Below are positions 49,448 to 60,042 of a DNA stretch of 64,000 bases, one piece after another. The notes under the pieces were generated by a model, which searched no databases, had not been told where the DNA came from, and saw only the letters and a list, made by a program, of their open reading frames with translations. This stretch comes from Sphingobacteriia bacterium (lineage in GTDB: Bacteria > Bacteroidota > Bacteroidia > NS11-12g > UBA955), in contig JAGKXC010000001.1 of the NCBI GenBank assembly GCA_021151535.1, positions 14,601 through 78,600 on the forward strand. The letters are read 5' to 3'. Numbering within the stretch: position 1 is the first letter of the stretch; every line of letters begins with the position of its first letter. The position numbers and the translations under genes were made by a program.

Positions 49448-52320
49448 TGAGCATCTAACCAGCTCTTACCAGATCCAGATTCCACCAAAACAGGTACCGT
49501 TAATTGCATCGCCCCTTCCATTAATTCCTTAATCTTAGGAGCCACAATATCCAATTCTTGTTTCGGCACGTCAAAAACCAATTCGTCATGCACCTGCAAC
49601 AACATTTTGGTCTTCAATTCAGATTCATTCAACCATTTCTGCACCTGAATCATAGCTACCTTAATCATATCAGCCGCACTGCCTTGTATCGGTGCATTGA
49701 TGGCGTTGCGCTCAGCAAATCCGCGCATAACCGCATTGCGTGAATGTATATCCCTCACGTACCTTCTCCTTCCCAATATCGTTTCTACATAGCCATTCTC
49801 TTGCGCCTTCCTTACCGCCTCATCCATGTAATCCCTGATTCCAGGAAATTGCTTGAAATAGTTATCGATGATTTCCTTTGCTTCACCACGACTAATTCCA
49901 ACTCGCTGGCTTAATCCAAAAGCAGAAATGCCATAAATAATTCCAAAATTCACCGTCTTGGCCTTTCTCCTCATCTCCTTGTCAACCTCTTCCATCGGCA
50001 CTCCCCAAACCTTTGCCGCCGTTGCTGTATGAATATCATAACCCTGTTGAAAAGCCTCTTTCATCCCTTCATCACCGGAAATATGAGCAATAATGCGCAA
50101 TTCAATCTGACTGTAATCCGCACTCAACAATACATGTTCATCTGTAGCTGCAATAAATGCCTTGCGAATTTCCCTACCCAACTCTGTCCGTATAGGGATA
50201 TTCTGTAAGTTAGGATTTTGGGAACTCAATCGCCCAGTAGCGGCAACCGCCTGATTAAAATGCGTATGAATCCTACCCGTTTGCGAATCTACCATCAATG
50301 GCAATGCATCCACATAAGTAGATTTCAGCTTCTGAAGCGCCCTAAAATCCAAAATGTGCTGGATAATCGGATGTTTGCCTTGCAAACTCTGCAATGTCTC
50401 CTCGTCTGTTTGATATTGCCCAGTCTTTGTTTTCTTTGGCTTATCCAACAAATTCAAGTGCTCAAACAAAACTTTTCCTACTTGTTGGGGCGATGAAATA
50501 TTAAAATCAAAACCCGCAGCAGCAAAAATCTGATCCTGAACATTTTTCATCTGCTCAGACAAATCAGCACTGTAAAGATTTAAAAAATCAACGTCAACCC
50601 GGATTCCTTCACGCTCAATCTCTTCCAAAACTGAAACCAATGGCATTTCCACTTCCTCAAATAACTTTTTCACGCCGCGCTCATCTAACATTCCATCAAA
50701 TATCTCATACAATTGATAGGTAACATCTGCGTCTTCCGCAGCATACTCCGAAATTTTCTCAATGGCAACATCGCGCATATTCAACTGCCCCTTGCCCTTC
50801 TTTCCAATTAATGTTTCAATGGAAATTGGAGAATATTGCAAGTAAGATTCACTCAACACCTGCATGTTGTGGCGCTTATCCGGCTCCAACAAATAATGAG
50901 CAATCATAGTATCAAAATGAGGTCCATTAACAGAGATACCATAGTTTTTCAATACAGCCAAATCATACTTGATATTCTGCGCTATCTTCAACTGCCTCCC
51001 CGCAAAAATCCCCTCAAATTGTTTTACCAATTGCAAAGCCGCTTCCCTTTCTGCCGGCACCGGAACGTACCAAGCCGTAAAACTCGCTGTACTAAAAGAA
51101 AGTCCAACCAAGTCAGCATGCAACGACTCAATATCGGTAGTCTCTGTATCAAAACAGAATTTATCACTTTGCTCTAATTCCTTAATTAAAACAGCAATCT
51201 CTTCCTCATTTTGCGCAATTTTATAAACGTGATCAACATCCGCAATGGTTTTCTTAATTCCACCTTCCTCTTCCTCCTCTTCATCGCCAAAAGTTAAATC
51301 TCCTTGATGGATATCCGAATTTGTAACTGCTGCCGGCGCATCAAATAATGAACTTTGAAGGGGATTAACGGGCGATGCTTTTGAAGCCGTTTTACGAGCC
51401 GCCACTGGTGCTGTTTCCACTGCACTCACACTTTCTGCGCCCGCAGCCGAACCCAAAACACGTTTAGCTAATGTTCTAAATTCTAATTCCTCAAATACCT
51501 CACCCAACTTCTCCGTATCTATTGGATCCAATTGCAAAGCAACCAAATCCAAATCTATGGGAACCTGTGTATCAATGGTTGCCAACCATTTGCTAACCTT
51601 AGCCTGCTCTGCAAAATTGATTACATTCTCCTGCTGCTTACCTTTCAATTTATCCGCATTGGCCAATAATCCTTCAACACTGCCATATTCAGCAACCAAC
51701 TTTTTTGCTGTTTTTTCACCAATTCCAGGAATTCCAGGAATATTATCAGCCGCATCGCCCCATAAACCCAAAATATCGATCACTTGTGATACATCCGTAA
51801 TCTCCCATTTCTTTAAAATTTCCTCTACACCCAAAATCTCATCAGGAGAACCCATCCTTCCAGGCTTGTATATCTTTACCCTATCCCTTACCAATTGACC
51901 AAAATCCTTATCCGGCGTCATCATGTAAACCTCATAATCCAAATCACCCGCCTTCCAAGCCAATGTACCAATAATATCATCGGCTTCGTATCCATCCATA
52001 CGAATTACAGGAATATTGAACCCCTCTATAATTTTAAAAATGTAAGGCAAACTCTTCACCAAATCCTCCGGCATCTCTTCCCTGTGTGCCTTATAAGCTT
52101 CAAACTCTTTATGTCGAATCGTTGGAGCTGAAGTATCAAAAACCACAGCAATATGCGTTGGCTTTTGCTTGTTTAATATATCCAACAACGTATTCGTAAA
52201 TCCAAACATCGCGCTGGCATTCAAACCCTTACTAGTAATCCTTGGATTCTGACTAAAGGCAAAAAAAGCCCTGTAAATCAGAGCCATCCCATCCAATAAA
52301 AACAACTTTCCTTTACTCAT
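49444..52320 (-). CDS. polA: DNA polymerase I (5'-3' exonuclease, 3'-5' exonuclease and polymerase domains)
   Basis: MSKGKLFLLDGMALIYRAFFAF... (5' nuclease); DYSQIELR (motif A); QVHDELVFD (motif C). 958 aa. Confidence 0.9.
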   Translation of the reverse strand: MSKGKLFLLDGMALIYRAFFAFSQNPRITSKGLNASAMFGFTNTLLDILNKQKPTHIAVVFDTSAPTIRHKEFEAYKAHREEMPEDLVKSLPYIFKIIEGFNIPVIRMDGYEADDIIGTLAWKAGDLDYEVYMMTPDKDFGQLVRDRVKIYKPGRMGSPDEILGVEEILKKWEITDVSQVIDILGLWGDAADNIPGIPGIGEKTAKKLVAEYGSVEGLLANADKLKGKQQENVINFAEQAKVSKWLATIDTQVPIDLDLVALQLDPIDTEKLGEVFEELEFRTLAKRVLGSAAGAESVSAVETAPVAARKTASKASPVNPLQSSLFDAPAAVTNSDIHQGDLTFGDEEEEEEGGIKKTIADVDHVYKIAQNEEEIAVLIKELEQSDKFCFDTETTDIESLHADLVGLSFSTASFTAWYVPVPAEREAALQLVKQFEGIFAGRQLKIAQNIKYDLAVLKNYGISVNGPHFDTMIAHYLLEPDKRHNMQVLSESYLQYSPISIETLIGKKGKGQLNMRDVAIEKISEYAAEDADVTYQLYEIFDGMLDERGVKKLFEEVEMPLVSVLEEIEREGIRVDVDFLNLYSADLSEQMKNVQDQIFAAAGFDFNISSPQQVGKVLFEHLNLLDKPKKTKTGQYQTDEETLQSLQGKHPIIQHILDFRALQKLKSTYVDALPLMVDSQTGRIHTHFNQAVAATGRLSSQNPNLQNIPIRTELGREIRKAFIAATDEHVLLSADYSQIELRIIAHISGDEGMKEAFQQGYDIHTATAAKVWGVPMEEVDKEMRRKAKTVNFGIIYGISAFGLSQRVGISRGEAKEIIDNYFKQFPGIRDYMDEAVRKAQENGYVETILGRRRYVRDIHSRNAVMRGFAERNAINAPIQGSAADMIKVAMIQVQKWLNESELKTKMLLQVHDELVFDVPKQELDIVAPKIKELMEGAMQLTVPVLVESGSGKSWLDAH

Positions 52321-52417
52321 AAAGTTCTGGCAATTTACAACATAAACAGCACTGATGAAGCATCTGCATCCCTAATTTAAACGTATAATTGCACATCTTT
52401 TACTTTTCAGCAAAATC

Positions 52418-53995
52418 ATGGAAAATTCACCCAGAAAACCCATACCGGCATTAGCCATACTGCTGATCATTTACACACTGTTATCTCTTATCGGAATTAC
52501 CAATCCACCAGTGGAAATTGGACATAACTGGCGACAAACTGTTACCGCCATGATGGCCCGAAACTTCTACACCCATAATACTACTTTTCTTTACCCAGAA
52601 GTAGACATGACCGGTAACAAATCAGGAATTATTGGTGCTGAATTTCCATTATTCCCCCAACTTATAGCGTACGCCGATCAACTTTTTGGTTTCCAACATT
52701 GGTACGGAAGATTAATAAATTTAATCATTTCAATTTTCGGGGCGATCGCTTTTTACACGTCAACAAAGCAGTTGTTTTCAAAAAAAATTGCCTTCAATGC
52801 TACAGCCATTTTACTCTGTTCTATTTGGTTTTCTTTCGCCCGTAAAATAATGCCAGATACATTCTCCATATCCTTCGCCTTGATAGGCAACTACTTCCTT
52901 CTTCAATGGCTATCGCCAAATTTACAACAGGTAAAAACAACAGAATTTAAATCGCCATTCAACCCCAATTATCCCGCTTCAAATCCCATTGTAGAAAGCA
53001 TAAATACACCCTCAAAGAAACTATCTCTTGCCCCATTCCATATTTTGGGCTTCATCTTTTTTTCTTCTCTGGCGATTTTAACAAAGCTACCCGCATTACT
53101 TTGGCTTACTCCTGCTGCTTGTTTTGTTATGTATGGTAACGCACCACGCAAAATCAAATTCTCTATCATAATAGCCTCCATTTTAATTATTATCCCAGTA
53201 ATTCTATGGTACTACATTTGGGTACCAGAACTCAATAAACACTTTCAATTATTTTATCCAAAATCCATATTAGAAGGTTGGGTTGAATTCCTGCCATTCT
53301 GGAAAATGGCATTAGAAAGATTTTACTTTACGGCCCTTTACTCTTTTGTTGCTTTGATTTTTCTAATTCTAGGAATTTACTTTTTTATCAAAAAACAATC
53401 ATTCAAAAGAAATATATCCTTGTTCATTACGCTACTTGTTTTCGTAGTTTTCATTATAAAAACAGGAAGTGTTTTCCCTCAACATAATTATTATGTAATA
53501 CCATTCGTTCCTATCATGGCTATTGTTACAGGAATTGGAATTACAGAATTTATACAACAAATTTCTAAAAAAGAAAAGCCAATTTTCAAATACATAATAC
53601 TGATTATTATTGGTACTGAAGCCATTCTTAATCAGCAACATGAGTTGTTCATTAAACCCAGTGAACTATACAAATTGCAATTAGAAAAAATCGGTAAATC
53701 TATTCCTAAAAATAACCTAGTAATAAGCAATTCTGGAATCAATCCACAGGAAATTTACCTGCTCAATCGCAGAGGTTGGGTTGTGTTCTCAAATCAACTT
53801 TGCAAACCTCAATTCATTGATAGTCTATATCACTGCGGGGCAAAATACATCCTTATAAATAAGAATCTTCAAGAAAATTCAGACGTTGAAAGCTGTTTAA
53901 ACAATCAACAAAATACAGCTTATCATTACATCCAAAAGTACGAATCCAAAGACTATCGCCTAATTGCTATTTCTTCTTCTCAAAGCCCAAACTGA
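52418..53995 (+). CDS. GT-C fold membrane glycosyltransferase (ArnT/PMT-like family 39)
   Basis: 525 aa, at least 11 TM helices then a soluble C-terminal domain. N-terminal loop HNWRQTVTAMMARNF...GAEFPLFPQL is similar to the first periplasmic loop of ArnT/PMT enzymes. Confidence 0.5.
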   Translation: MENSPRKPIPALAILLIIYTLLSLIGITNPPVEIGHNWRQTVTAMMARNFYTHNTTFLYPEVDMTGNKSGIIGAEFPLFPQLIAYADQLFGFQHWYGRLINLIISIFGAIAFYTSTKQLFSKKIAFNATAILLCSIWFSFARKIMPDTFSISFALIGNYFLLQWLSPNLQQVKTTEFKSPFNPNYPASNPIVESINTPSKKLSLAPFHILGFIFFSSLAILTKLPALLWLTPAACFVMYGNAPRKIKFSIIIASILIIIPVILWYYIWVPELNKHFQLFYPKSILEGWVEFLPFWKMALERFYFTALYSFVALIFLILGIYFFIKKQSFKRNISLFITLLVFVVFIIKTGSVFPQHNYYVIPFVPIMAIVTGIGITEFIQQISKKEKPIFKYIILIIIGTEAILNQQHELFIKPSELYKLQLEKIGKSIPKNNLVISNSGINPQEIYLLNRRGWVVFSNQLCKPQFIDSLYHCGAKYILINKNLQENSDVESCLNNQQNTAYHYIQKYESKDYRLIAISSSQSPN

Positions 53996-54524
53996 TTCCA
54001 TTTATACAATAGCGCAAACCCGTTGGCTGCTCATAACCATCGTTAAAAACATGCCCCAAATGACCGCCACATCTCGCACACACAACCTCAGTTCTTACCA
54101 TGTTGTGTGATAAATCAACTATTTCTTTTACCCGATCTTTTTCAATTGGTTGAAAGAAACTTGGCCATCCACAACCAGCATCAAATTTTGTTTCACTATG
54201 AAACAATTCCAAACCACATCCTTTACAAACGTAAGTTCCCGAATCCCACTGTTGCTCGTAATCACTCGAAAATGGTCTTTCGGTACCTTTTTTTCTCAAT
54301 ACTTGAAATGCTGCTGGGCCTAGTTCCTCTAACCACTCTTCATCTGTTTTATTTACTTCAAATTGTTGCATACTTGTTCTCAATTTTGTTCTCTCAATCA
54401 TTCGATGCTGAACCTCTCTGGAGGTATCATTTTTACACATCAACTCAACATTAGTATATCCTGACAATACTATCAAAAATATTGAAACAATAACCATCAT
54501 TACAAAAAGTGAAATTCTCTTCAT
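53967..54524 (-). CDS. msrB: peptide-methionine (R)-S-oxide reductase MsrB, secreted
   Basis: Signal peptide MKRISLFVMMVIVSIFLIVLSGYT. CKGCGLELF...CGWPSF...CARCGGHLGHVF (two CxxC zinc sites plus the catalytic region). The 3' end overlaps the convergent GT-C gene by ~29 nt. Confidence 0.8.
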   Translation of the reverse strand: MKRISLFVMMVIVSIFLIVLSGYTNVELMCKNDTSREVQHRMIERTKLRTSMQQFEVNKTDEEWLEELGPAAFQVLRKKGTERPFSSDYEQQWDSGTYVCKGCGLELFHSETKFDAGCGWPSFFQPIEKDRVKEIVDLSHNMVRTEVVCARCGGHLGHVFNDGYEQPTGLRYCINGISLGFEKKK

Positions 54525-54586
54525 TTTTTATCGATTTAAACAAAGTAAACAATCCAAATCAAAAAGAGTTGTAATATCGCATTCGA

Positions 54587-55270
54587 ATGAACTTCTTTGC
54601 ACACTTTTTACTCGACCATGAGCCTTCTTCACCCATTTTTAATGCAGCCTTGATTGCACCCGATATTATCAGAAGCTTCAGCCCAGATAACAAAAGATTT
54701 AATTGGGAAAACATTTATAACAATCCCAACGCTTCACCTATGTTAAAAGAATTTTCAAGGGGTTGTTTACAACATATCCAAAGAGATAAGCAATTTCATG
54801 AATCCCAAATGTTCCATGAAATTTATGCAATTTGTAGAAATGAATGGAGCCAAACATCCAAAGAAATTGGCTTAGAAAGGTTTTGGTTTTCACTTCATGT
54901 AACAGTTGAAATGATTATAGACAAAATATTTATATCAAATAATTTAGAAAAATTAATTGAATTCTATTTTACCATGTCTAATCATGAAAAAACGTATATA
55001 GAAATTTTAAAAGAATTACAATACCAGAACATCGAGATATTTCAATATCGCTATCAAAGATTTTGCGAAAGTGCTTACCTTTTCCATTATCAGCAGCCAG
55101 AAAAAATAGCCTATGCACTACATAGAATCCACAAAAGTTTAGGTATTCCTACTCCTTGGCATGATCAACAAATTGAACCAATCAAAGCATTGGTTCAATT
55201 TACAGAATCCGCTATCTTACAGCATCGGGAATTCCAAAATAACTTTCAACCCTTACTTAGAACTAAATAA
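54587..55270 (+). CDS. putative acyl carrier protein phosphodiesterase (AcpH-like)
   Basis: N-terminus MNFFAHFLLDHEPSSPIFNAALIAPDI resembles the AcpH start (MNFLAHLHLA...). 227 aa. Assignment is tentative. Confidence 0.4.
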   Translation: MNFFAHFLLDHEPSSPIFNAALIAPDIIRSFSPDNKRFNWENIYNNPNASPMLKEFSRGCLQHIQRDKQFHESQMFHEIYAICRNEWSQTSKEIGLERFWFSLHVTVEMIIDKIFISNNLEKLIEFYFTMSNHEKTYIEILKELQYQNIEIFQYRYQRFCESAYLFHYQQPEKIAYALHRIHKSLGIPTPWHDQQIEPIKALVQFTESAILQHREFQNNFQPLLRTK

Positions 55271-56261
55271 AATTCTTGAGAAAAACATCGCCAAAAAGCG
55301 AAAATACAATCAGTGCCATCAACAGCACATTTACCATGTCTTTCCACCACGAAACACGTTCATCATTAAAGAAACTTGATAAAAACACCGTGAGTGGAAA
55401 ACCCATTAGCAAGTAAAAAGATTCCATTTCCTTCCAATGCAACAAAAGCATAAACAAGGAATAAACAAAAAACATGGCCATCAGGGTAATACTGCGCCTT
55501 ACATCGGTATTGTTCTTATAGTAATTGCCCAATTGTCTCAACAATCCAAATACTGCAACCAAAAGAAAAATACCAAAAATCACGTAACTATAATTGGGTA
55601 ACAACCCCATTTTAACAATATTCTTCAGTGAATCATTCATATTGGTAACAACATCCACTGGCTCATTATGCAAACGAAAAATGTAATTGATCGAACTTAC
55701 AAAGTAATACGGCAAACCCAAGCCAAAAACGATCGCCAAAACATCCTTTACAACAATAGTTTTGTACACCAAAACGGCAATTACCAAAAAAACAATGATC
55801 CATAAATGGTCAGGAACAACCAATAGACTTAAGCCAAAAAACAAACCCGCATAAAACAACACTTGCGTATTATATCCCTCCCTCAATCGAATCATCAATC
55901 GAAGTCCAGCAAAAGCAAATAAATTCCCAATCTGAAATTCCGACAACAAAAAATTCCCCATAAAAAGAGAATTGATCAACAAAAAGAAATAAGCTCCCAT
56001 GTAGCCTCCGCCCTGCACCAATCCCGTATGAACACATGTTTCACTGATAATCAAGGCTTGTAAAACAACCAAACCAAAAGAAATCACAAACGACAACCAA
56101 GTGAATTGATTAACATAGTAAACCATCCCTGTAATAATCGTATTTCCACCGGTGTAAGGCGATGGATGCATAAACACAATAGCAAATATTCTAACTGCCA
56201 AAGCCAGCAAAAACACCAAAATGGCAATTCCCAAATTATTTTTTTGCAACCTTTCAATCAT
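55263..56261 (-). CDS. polytopic membrane protein (about 9 TM helices), unknown function
   Basis: 332 aa, hydrophobic throughout. Its start overlaps the upstream gene's stop by 8 nt. Confidence 0.4.
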   Translation of the reverse strand: MIERLQKNNLGIAILVFLLALAVRIFAIVFMHPSPYTGGNTIITGMVYYVNQFTWLSFVISFGLVVLQALIISETCVHTGLVQGGGYMGAYFFLLINSLFMGNFLLSEFQIGNLFAFAGLRLMIRLREGYNTQVLFYAGLFFGLSLLVVPDHLWIIVFLVIAVLVYKTIVVKDVLAIVFGLGLPYYFVSSINYIFRLHNEPVDVVTNMNDSLKNIVKMGLLPNYSYVIFGIFLLVAVFGLLRQLGNYYKNNTDVRRSITLMAMFFVYSLFMLLLHWKEMESFYLLMGFPLTVFLSSFFNDERVSWWKDMVNVLLMALIVFSLFGDVFLKNFI

Positions 56262-57783
56262 CTCCCAAAACTTGCATCCAATACCATTCTTTATTTCGAA
56301 TCAAAGGTACAGTAAACAAACAGTATTCTGTTTGTTTACCTTCTTCAGGAATAATTTCACCCATAATATTTTCCTGTTTAAATAACCATCCCCTATCTAC
56401 CGTTAAATCGGCTCCTACCTTAACATGCATGATGCGGTTACTTTCCAATTCATTATCGTTATATAAAAAATTCAACGCACCACCACATACATAAACCCCA
56501 TACCCAAATAAATAAATATTGTTGCTAGAAGAAACTTGATTCTTACGAATTACTATTACAGAATCATACCTGAATGCGTTATTTTGAAATGGCAGCCCCA
56601 AGAAACTCAAAGCAATGTCGCCAAAATGAAAATACTGTCGCGTAGTATTTTGAGGAACCCCATTCACATAATAAGTTTCCATTTGACGGGTGATGTAATA
56701 TTGCTCGCCAACCAAAACCCATCCACCATTGTCTAATGGAATTAATTCCCTAGTTTCAAAATATTGGGGCTTGTCTGTTCTCTTTGGATTTACGATGCCA
56801 GTTAACTGTTTTGTTTCTATCTCATTAAACCAATGGATAAATCTACAAGTATCTTTACTTTTATCAAATGACTCAACAAAACAACCATCCAAACCCTTAG
56901 ATTCAACTGCCTGAAAATAACCAGCAAAATAAAATTGCTGATTACTTGGATGGCAAACCACAATAACATCTCTTACATTTTCAACTGCCTGAACTGTTCC
57001 AGTGCCGATGCTTGGTTGGCTATTCTCACCTAAAATATTCTTGCCATGTATCCATACAAATGCTTCACTAACACCAATATTTTTACCATTAAATAATGAC
57101 GACTTTTCTAATCTATTTTCATCAAAATACAAACACATCACTTCACCCATATTGTTAACCTCAATTGCTTTCCATTGCAATTCGGTAACACTCATTTTAG
57201 ATGGCAAGAATCCATCTTTATATCCCCATTTTCCAGAAATATCCCCAACAATAATTCCAATTTTAGGCGATGCTTGAAATCCGCGATTTCCAGAGTTAAA
57301 CATAATTGCTAACGTCCACAATTTTCTATTGATTGCATAATCACAAACTACATCTTTCTCGCTAATTTCACCCCAATCAAAACTACCTAATCGTTTGATC
57401 TCCACATCAGCCGTTAAACCTAATTCCTGCTTCGTTAACAAAACCTCAACCATACCCCGCTTACCTCGAATTACAGAAATCCAAAAAATGCCTGAATCCG
57501 TAGAAAATACTTTTAAAACCCATTCCCTCGAAGCCGTTTTGATTTCTTTGCTTTTAACATATCCCAATTGCTCATCATATTGCTCAATAGTAAATCCAGT
57601 TTCTAATTGATAATTGCCAAAGTCTATTGTGTACAATTGATCATTAACATGACCTATTGGCTTGTGGAATTGACTTTTGCGATGATTTAATTGCGATTTG
57701 TTTGAAATAAAAACTGATTGACCCCAAGATTGATTGGTTAAAACAATTGTCAACAACAATATCCGTTGGGTCCATTGATACAT
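56254..57783 (-). CDS. secreted protein of unknown function
   Basis: Signal peptide MYQWTQRILLLTIVLTNQSWGQ. 509 aa. No recognisable family. Confidence 0.4.
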   Translation of the reverse strand: MYQWTQRILLLTIVLTNQSWGQSVFISNKSQLNHRKSQFHKPIGHVNDQLYTIDFGNYQLETGFTIEQYDEQLGYVKSKEIKTASREWVLKVFSTDSGIFWISVIRGKRGMVEVLLTKQELGLTADVEIKRLGSFDWGEISEKDVVCDYAINRKLWTLAIMFNSGNRGFQASPKIGIIVGDISGKWGYKDGFLPSKMSVTELQWKAIEVNNMGEVMCLYFDENRLEKSSLFNGKNIGVSEAFVWIHGKNILGENSQPSIGTGTVQAVENVRDVIVVCHPSNQQFYFAGYFQAVESKGLDGCFVESFDKSKDTCRFIHWFNEIETKQLTGIVNPKRTDKPQYFETRELIPLDNGGWVLVGEQYYITRQMETYYVNGVPQNTTRQYFHFGDIALSFLGLPFQNNAFRYDSVIVIRKNQVSSSNNIYLFGYGVYVCGGALNFLYNDNELESNRIMHVKVGADLTVDRGWLFKQENIMGEIIPEEGKQTEYCLFTVPLIRNKEWYWMQVLGDD

Positions 57784-57857
57784 AACTCCAAATTTCCCTT
57801 ATTCGCCTATAAATCCCAAACGCAAATTGTACTTTTGCATTCTATTTTCATAATTCA

Positions 57858-59027
57858 TTGAAATCTCCTGATAAACAAATCGAAAAAGCTATTTTAGTTG
57901 GAGTTGAAACTCCCAAATCAATCTATCCATTAGAAGAAACTCTTGATGAATTAGAACAATTGATCCAAACTAGTGGCGCTGTAACAAACAAACGTTTTAC
58001 CCAAAAACTTGAACACCCCCATCCTAAAACCTATATCGGAAAAGGTAAATTAGAGGAAATTCAAAAATACACCAGTTCACATGAAATTGATATTGCAGTG
58101 TTCGACGATGAATTATCGCCAGCACAAATTCGCAATATTGAAACTGAATTGCAAAATGTAAAGGTGTTAACAAGAACAAACCTCATTTTAGACATTTTTG
58201 CGAATAACGCAAAAACAGCTCAAGCCAAAACCCAAGTTGAATTGGCACAAAGTATTTTTTTACTTCCGCGATTAACGGGTATGTGGACCCACCTTTCCAA
58301 ACAAAAAGGGGGTATTGGTATGAAGGGACCAGGGGAAACAGAAATTGAAACAGATAGAAGAGCCCTGAGAAACCGAATCGCATTATTACGTGAAAAATTA
58401 CAAGCCATAGAAAAAACAGGATATACCCAACGTAAATCTCGAGAAAATATTTATAAAGTTGCGTTAGTTGGATATACCAATGTTGGTAAAAGTACCATCA
58501 TGAATCTACTCTCAAGATCCGATGTTTTGGTTGAAAACAAACTATTTGCAACATTAGATTCTACGGTAAGGAAAGTTGTTTTTAGCGATCCAGATGATCC
58601 AGCAATCATGGTTCCTTTTCTACTGTCTGATACAGTAGGATTTATCCGTAAACTGCCAACGATGTTAGTTGAAAGCTTTAAAAGTACCCTGGCAGAAACA
58701 ATGGAAACCGACCTTTTGGTACATGTAGTAGATATCTCTAACCCCAATTTTGAACGTCAAATGATGGCAGTAAAAGAAATTTTACATGAAATTGGTGGTT
58801 CAAATAAGCCAGAATTGGTGGTTTTCAATAAAGTAGATGCTTTTGAAGGGCATGAAGATGATTTCTTCGTAGGTACAACAGGATTATCAATAGATCAATT
58901 TGAAAAGAGTTGGATTGCTAAAGAAAATGCACCTGCTGTATTCATTTCTGCAACCAAGCAAGAGAATATTCAAAAACTTCGTAATACTTTGGTTTCACTA
59001 CTAACAAAAAAGACCGCAAACCCATAA
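57858..59027 (+). CDS. hflX: GTPase HflX (TTG start per ORF track)
   Basis: N-terminal HflX domain EKAILVGV...; G domain VALVGYTNVGKSTIMN (G1), DTVGF (G3), NKVD (G4). Confidence 0.85.
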   Translation: MKSPDKQIEKAILVGVETPKSIYPLEETLDELEQLIQTSGAVTNKRFTQKLEHPHPKTYIGKGKLEEIQKYTSSHEIDIAVFDDELSPAQIRNIETELQNVKVLTRTNLILDIFANNAKTAQAKTQVELAQSIFLLPRLTGMWTHLSKQKGGIGMKGPGETEIETDRRALRNRIALLREKLQAIEKTGYTQRKSRENIYKVALVGYTNVGKSTIMNLLSRSDVLVENKLFATLDSTVRKVVFSDPDDPAIMVPFLLSDTVGFIRKLPTMLVESFKSTLAETMETDLLVHVVDISNPNFERQMMAVKEILHEIGGSNKPELVVFNKVDAFEGHEDDFFVGTTGLSIDQFEKSWIAKENAPAVFISATKQENIQKLRNTLVSLLTKKTANP

Positions 59028-59041
59028 GCTTGCGGTCTTGA
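59012..59041. terminator. 10-bp-stem hairpin AAGACCGCAA-acccataagc-TTGCGGTCTT overlapping the hflX stop. On the minus strand it is followed by a T-run, so it is a likely terminator for the DUF2795 gene and possibly bidirectional. Coordinates approximate (+/-2).
   Basis: Read directly from the sequence. Confidence 0.4.
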
Positions 59042-59069
59042 AAGATCATAGAATCCCTACAAAAGAGAA

Positions 59070-59336
59070 TTACAATTCGTCTTCGTTGAAGAAGTAATCA
59101 TCGTCTGTTGGATAATCACTCCAAATTTCTTCGATGCTTTCGTAAGGTTCGCCATCATCTTCTAATTCTTGAAGATTCTCGATAACTTCTAAAGGTGCAC
59201 CTGAACGAATTGCATAATCAATTAATTCGTCTTTGGTGGCTGGCCATGGAGCGTCATCAAGATAACTTACCAATTCTAATGTCCAGTACATATCTCTAAC
59301 TAATTTCTTTCCCGCGAAAATATATTTTTCATTCAA
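59070..59336 (-). CDS. DUF2795-like small acidic protein
   Basis: 88 aa; MNEKYIFAGKKLVRDMYWTLELVSYLDDAPWPATKDELIDYAIRSGAPLEVIENLQELEDDGEPYESIEEIW... Confidence 0.45.
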   Translation of the reverse strand: MNEKYIFAGKKLVRDMYWTLELVSYLDDAPWPATKDELIDYAIRSGAPLEVIENLQELEDDGEPYESIEEIWSDYPTDDDYFFNEDEL

Positions 59337-59365
59337 AAAAACAAGACCATTTTTGTAATAACATT

Positions 59366-60031
59366 ATGCACACTGATTGGCACGACCCTATAAATGAATA
59401 TTGCTTCAATCAAAGCAGCCCTGAAAACCCATTTTTACAGGCAATTCATAGCTTTACTTGGAAGAATATGTTGAACCCCAGAATGTTAAGTGAACACATT
59501 CAAGGAAGCTTATTATCGCATTTAGTTGCGATCATGAAACCCCAAAACATTCTGGAAATAGGCACATTTACTGGATATAGTACCGCATGTCTGCTTCAGA
59601 ACCTTCCAAAAAATGCTTCGCTTCATACAATCGAAGCCCATCAAGAAACCCTTTTTAAAACCAGAGAATTTTGGAAATCACATAAAAAAGAACATTTGGT
59701 ACAATGGCACGAAGGTGAAGCCTTGGAAATTTTGCCTAACTTCAAAATAAATTTCAATCTAATCTTTGTAGATGCCGATAAGGCCAATTATAAACACTAT
59801 CTCAATGCTTGTTTGCCATTATTATCAGAAAATGGAATTATTCTATTCGATAACACTTTGTGGAGTAAGCGCGTTGTAAATGAAATTGATATACTAAAAG
59901 ATAAAGATACACGCAACATGCATGAATTCAATCAATACGCATGTAATCTACCAGGTGTTACAACAACAATCTTACCAATTAGAGATGGATTAACAATGGT
60001 TAGAAAACAAAATGAATCACCGTTATTTTGA
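59366..60031 (+). CDS. class I SAM-dependent O-methyltransferase (family 3, caffeoyl-CoA OMT-like)
   Basis: NILEIGTFTGYSTACL (motif I) and IFVDADKANYKHYL. Confidence 0.7.
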   Translation: MHTDWHDPINEYCFNQSSPENPFLQAIHSFTWKNMLNPRMLSEHIQGSLLSHLVAIMKPQNILEIGTFTGYSTACLLQNLPKNASLHTIEAHQETLFKTREFWKSHKKEHLVQWHEGEALEILPNFKINFNLIFVDADKANYKHYLNACLPLLSENGIILFDNTLWSKRVVNEIDILKDKDTRNMHEFNQYACNLPGVTTTILPIRDGLTMVRKQNESPLF

Positions 60032-60042
60032 TCTATAGGAAA

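Noticed and set aside
59012-59041. Hairpin as a dedicated hflX terminator
   Set aside because: There is no T-run after it on the plus strand. The T-run is on the minus strand, so it more plausibly terminates the convergent DUF2795 gene; I reported it as strand-ambiguous.
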